Of a stretch of DNA of 20,281 nucleotides, positions 19,634-20,281 are shown in pieces (position 1 is the first letter of the stretch; the number at the start of each line of letters is the position of its first letter). The notes beneath the pieces were generated by a model. The model saw only the letters and a list, made by a program, of their open reading frames with translations. It was not told the DNA's origin and ran no database searches. Source of the stretch: Vitrella brassicaformis CCMP3155 (Eukaryota; Protista; Chromerida); contig CDMY01000787.1 in NCBI GenBank assembly GCA_001179505.1, positions 1-20,281 of the forward strand. Reading direction: 5' to 3'. The translations under genes and the position numbers were made by a program.

Positions 19634-19959
19634 CAAGTTTCGGGCGGAAGTCTAGACTAGCTACCCTAAGGATCTCACTGGACTGTCTGCAAAACGGATT
19701 TCACTGGGCGCGCGGCGAGGACCAGCCGAGGAGTGGCACTAGGATGCGTAGGGTAGCTGCCGAAACCGTGCAAAGGCTGAGGATACAGAGGTGTGCGTTC
19801 GGTCGATCGGAGTGTGATCGTGCGTGGCCGGTGTACACCAATCGGACTCACAAAAGACTCGGGAGGAGGGGGGGAAGGGGTTCACTAACGCAACCACCAC
19901 CACCACGCGTCGCGATCGGGATTTGCGAGCTCAAGACAATCTGTACGAGAGGGGCTATA

Positions 19960-20281
19960 CATGCAAGGTGTCGAGCCAGGAAGGAGTGCAACAGGGCGAT
20001 CCTGGGGGTGGGCGTCGTATGCGTGTGGGCTGCGTGGGGTGCTGGAGAAGATCAGGACGGCGCTGCCTGACCGGCTGGTGGTCGCCTTCGCGGACAACAT
20101 CTATATCGGCACGACGCAGGACAAGGTGGCGCACGACTTCGACATGGCCGAGAACGAGCTGGCGATCGTGCGGCAGAACCTCGTGCGGGAGAAGTGCGAG
20201 GTGTGGGGCAAGCACTTCACCAAGGGCATGGACCGGCCGGCAAACATGCCCAGCGGTGTGTGCGTGCGCGACGAGGGGCTG
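19960..20281 (+). mobile_element. Degenerate non-LTR retrotransposon reverse transcriptase fragment (CRE-like), continuing beyond the window
   Basis: KVSSQEGVQQGDP (GVQQGDP at 19983-20003), then a frameshift into ASYACGLRGVLEKIRTALPDRLVVAFADNIYIG...NLVREKCEVWG...RDEGL. This matches the GVQQGDPLG, (Y/F)xDD and KCEVW-type RT motifs. Confidence 0.82.

Noticed and set aside
19441-20070. 209-aa plus-strand ORF overlapping the TIM22 start and the RT
   Set aside because: It starts at TTG, has a non-protein-like Arg-rich composition, and is in neither RT-motif frame.
1-20281. CRISPR array or prokaryotic operon-like system
   Set aside because: All repeats are 1-6 nt microsatellites or codon repeats, there is no repeat-spacer periodicity, and the genes are spliceosomal and functionally unrelated.

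Overview
Gene-dense, GC-rich eukaryotic DNA. Many short spliceosomal introns carry (CA)n/(TG)n/(GA)n microsatellites, a style that suggests a chromerid alveolate such as Vitrella (inferred from style only). Most six-frame ORFs are exon fragments or shadows, so genes were rebuilt by hand across splice sites. In order: (1) + MGALLC-initiated protein with a possible PH-like core; (2) - Cys-rich/Pro-rich secreted-type protein; (3) - signal peptide + saposin/canopy-like domain + Mip-type FKBP + acidic tail ending HEEL; (4) + meckelin/TMEM67 with two N gaps inside introns; (5) - ExoIII-family AP endonuclease of the APE1L type; (6,7) two convergent uncharacterised spliced genes; (8) + claudin-like 4-TM protein; (9) - TIM22; (10) a degenerate tRNA-like A/B-box element followed by a frameshifted non-LTR (CRE-like) reverse transcriptase fragment that runs off the window. 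No CRISPR, rRNA or intact tRNA was found. The best novelty candidates are the saposin-FKBP ER fusion, the tRNA-like head beside the retroelement, and a possible C/D box snoRNA at about 14.2-14.4 kb.
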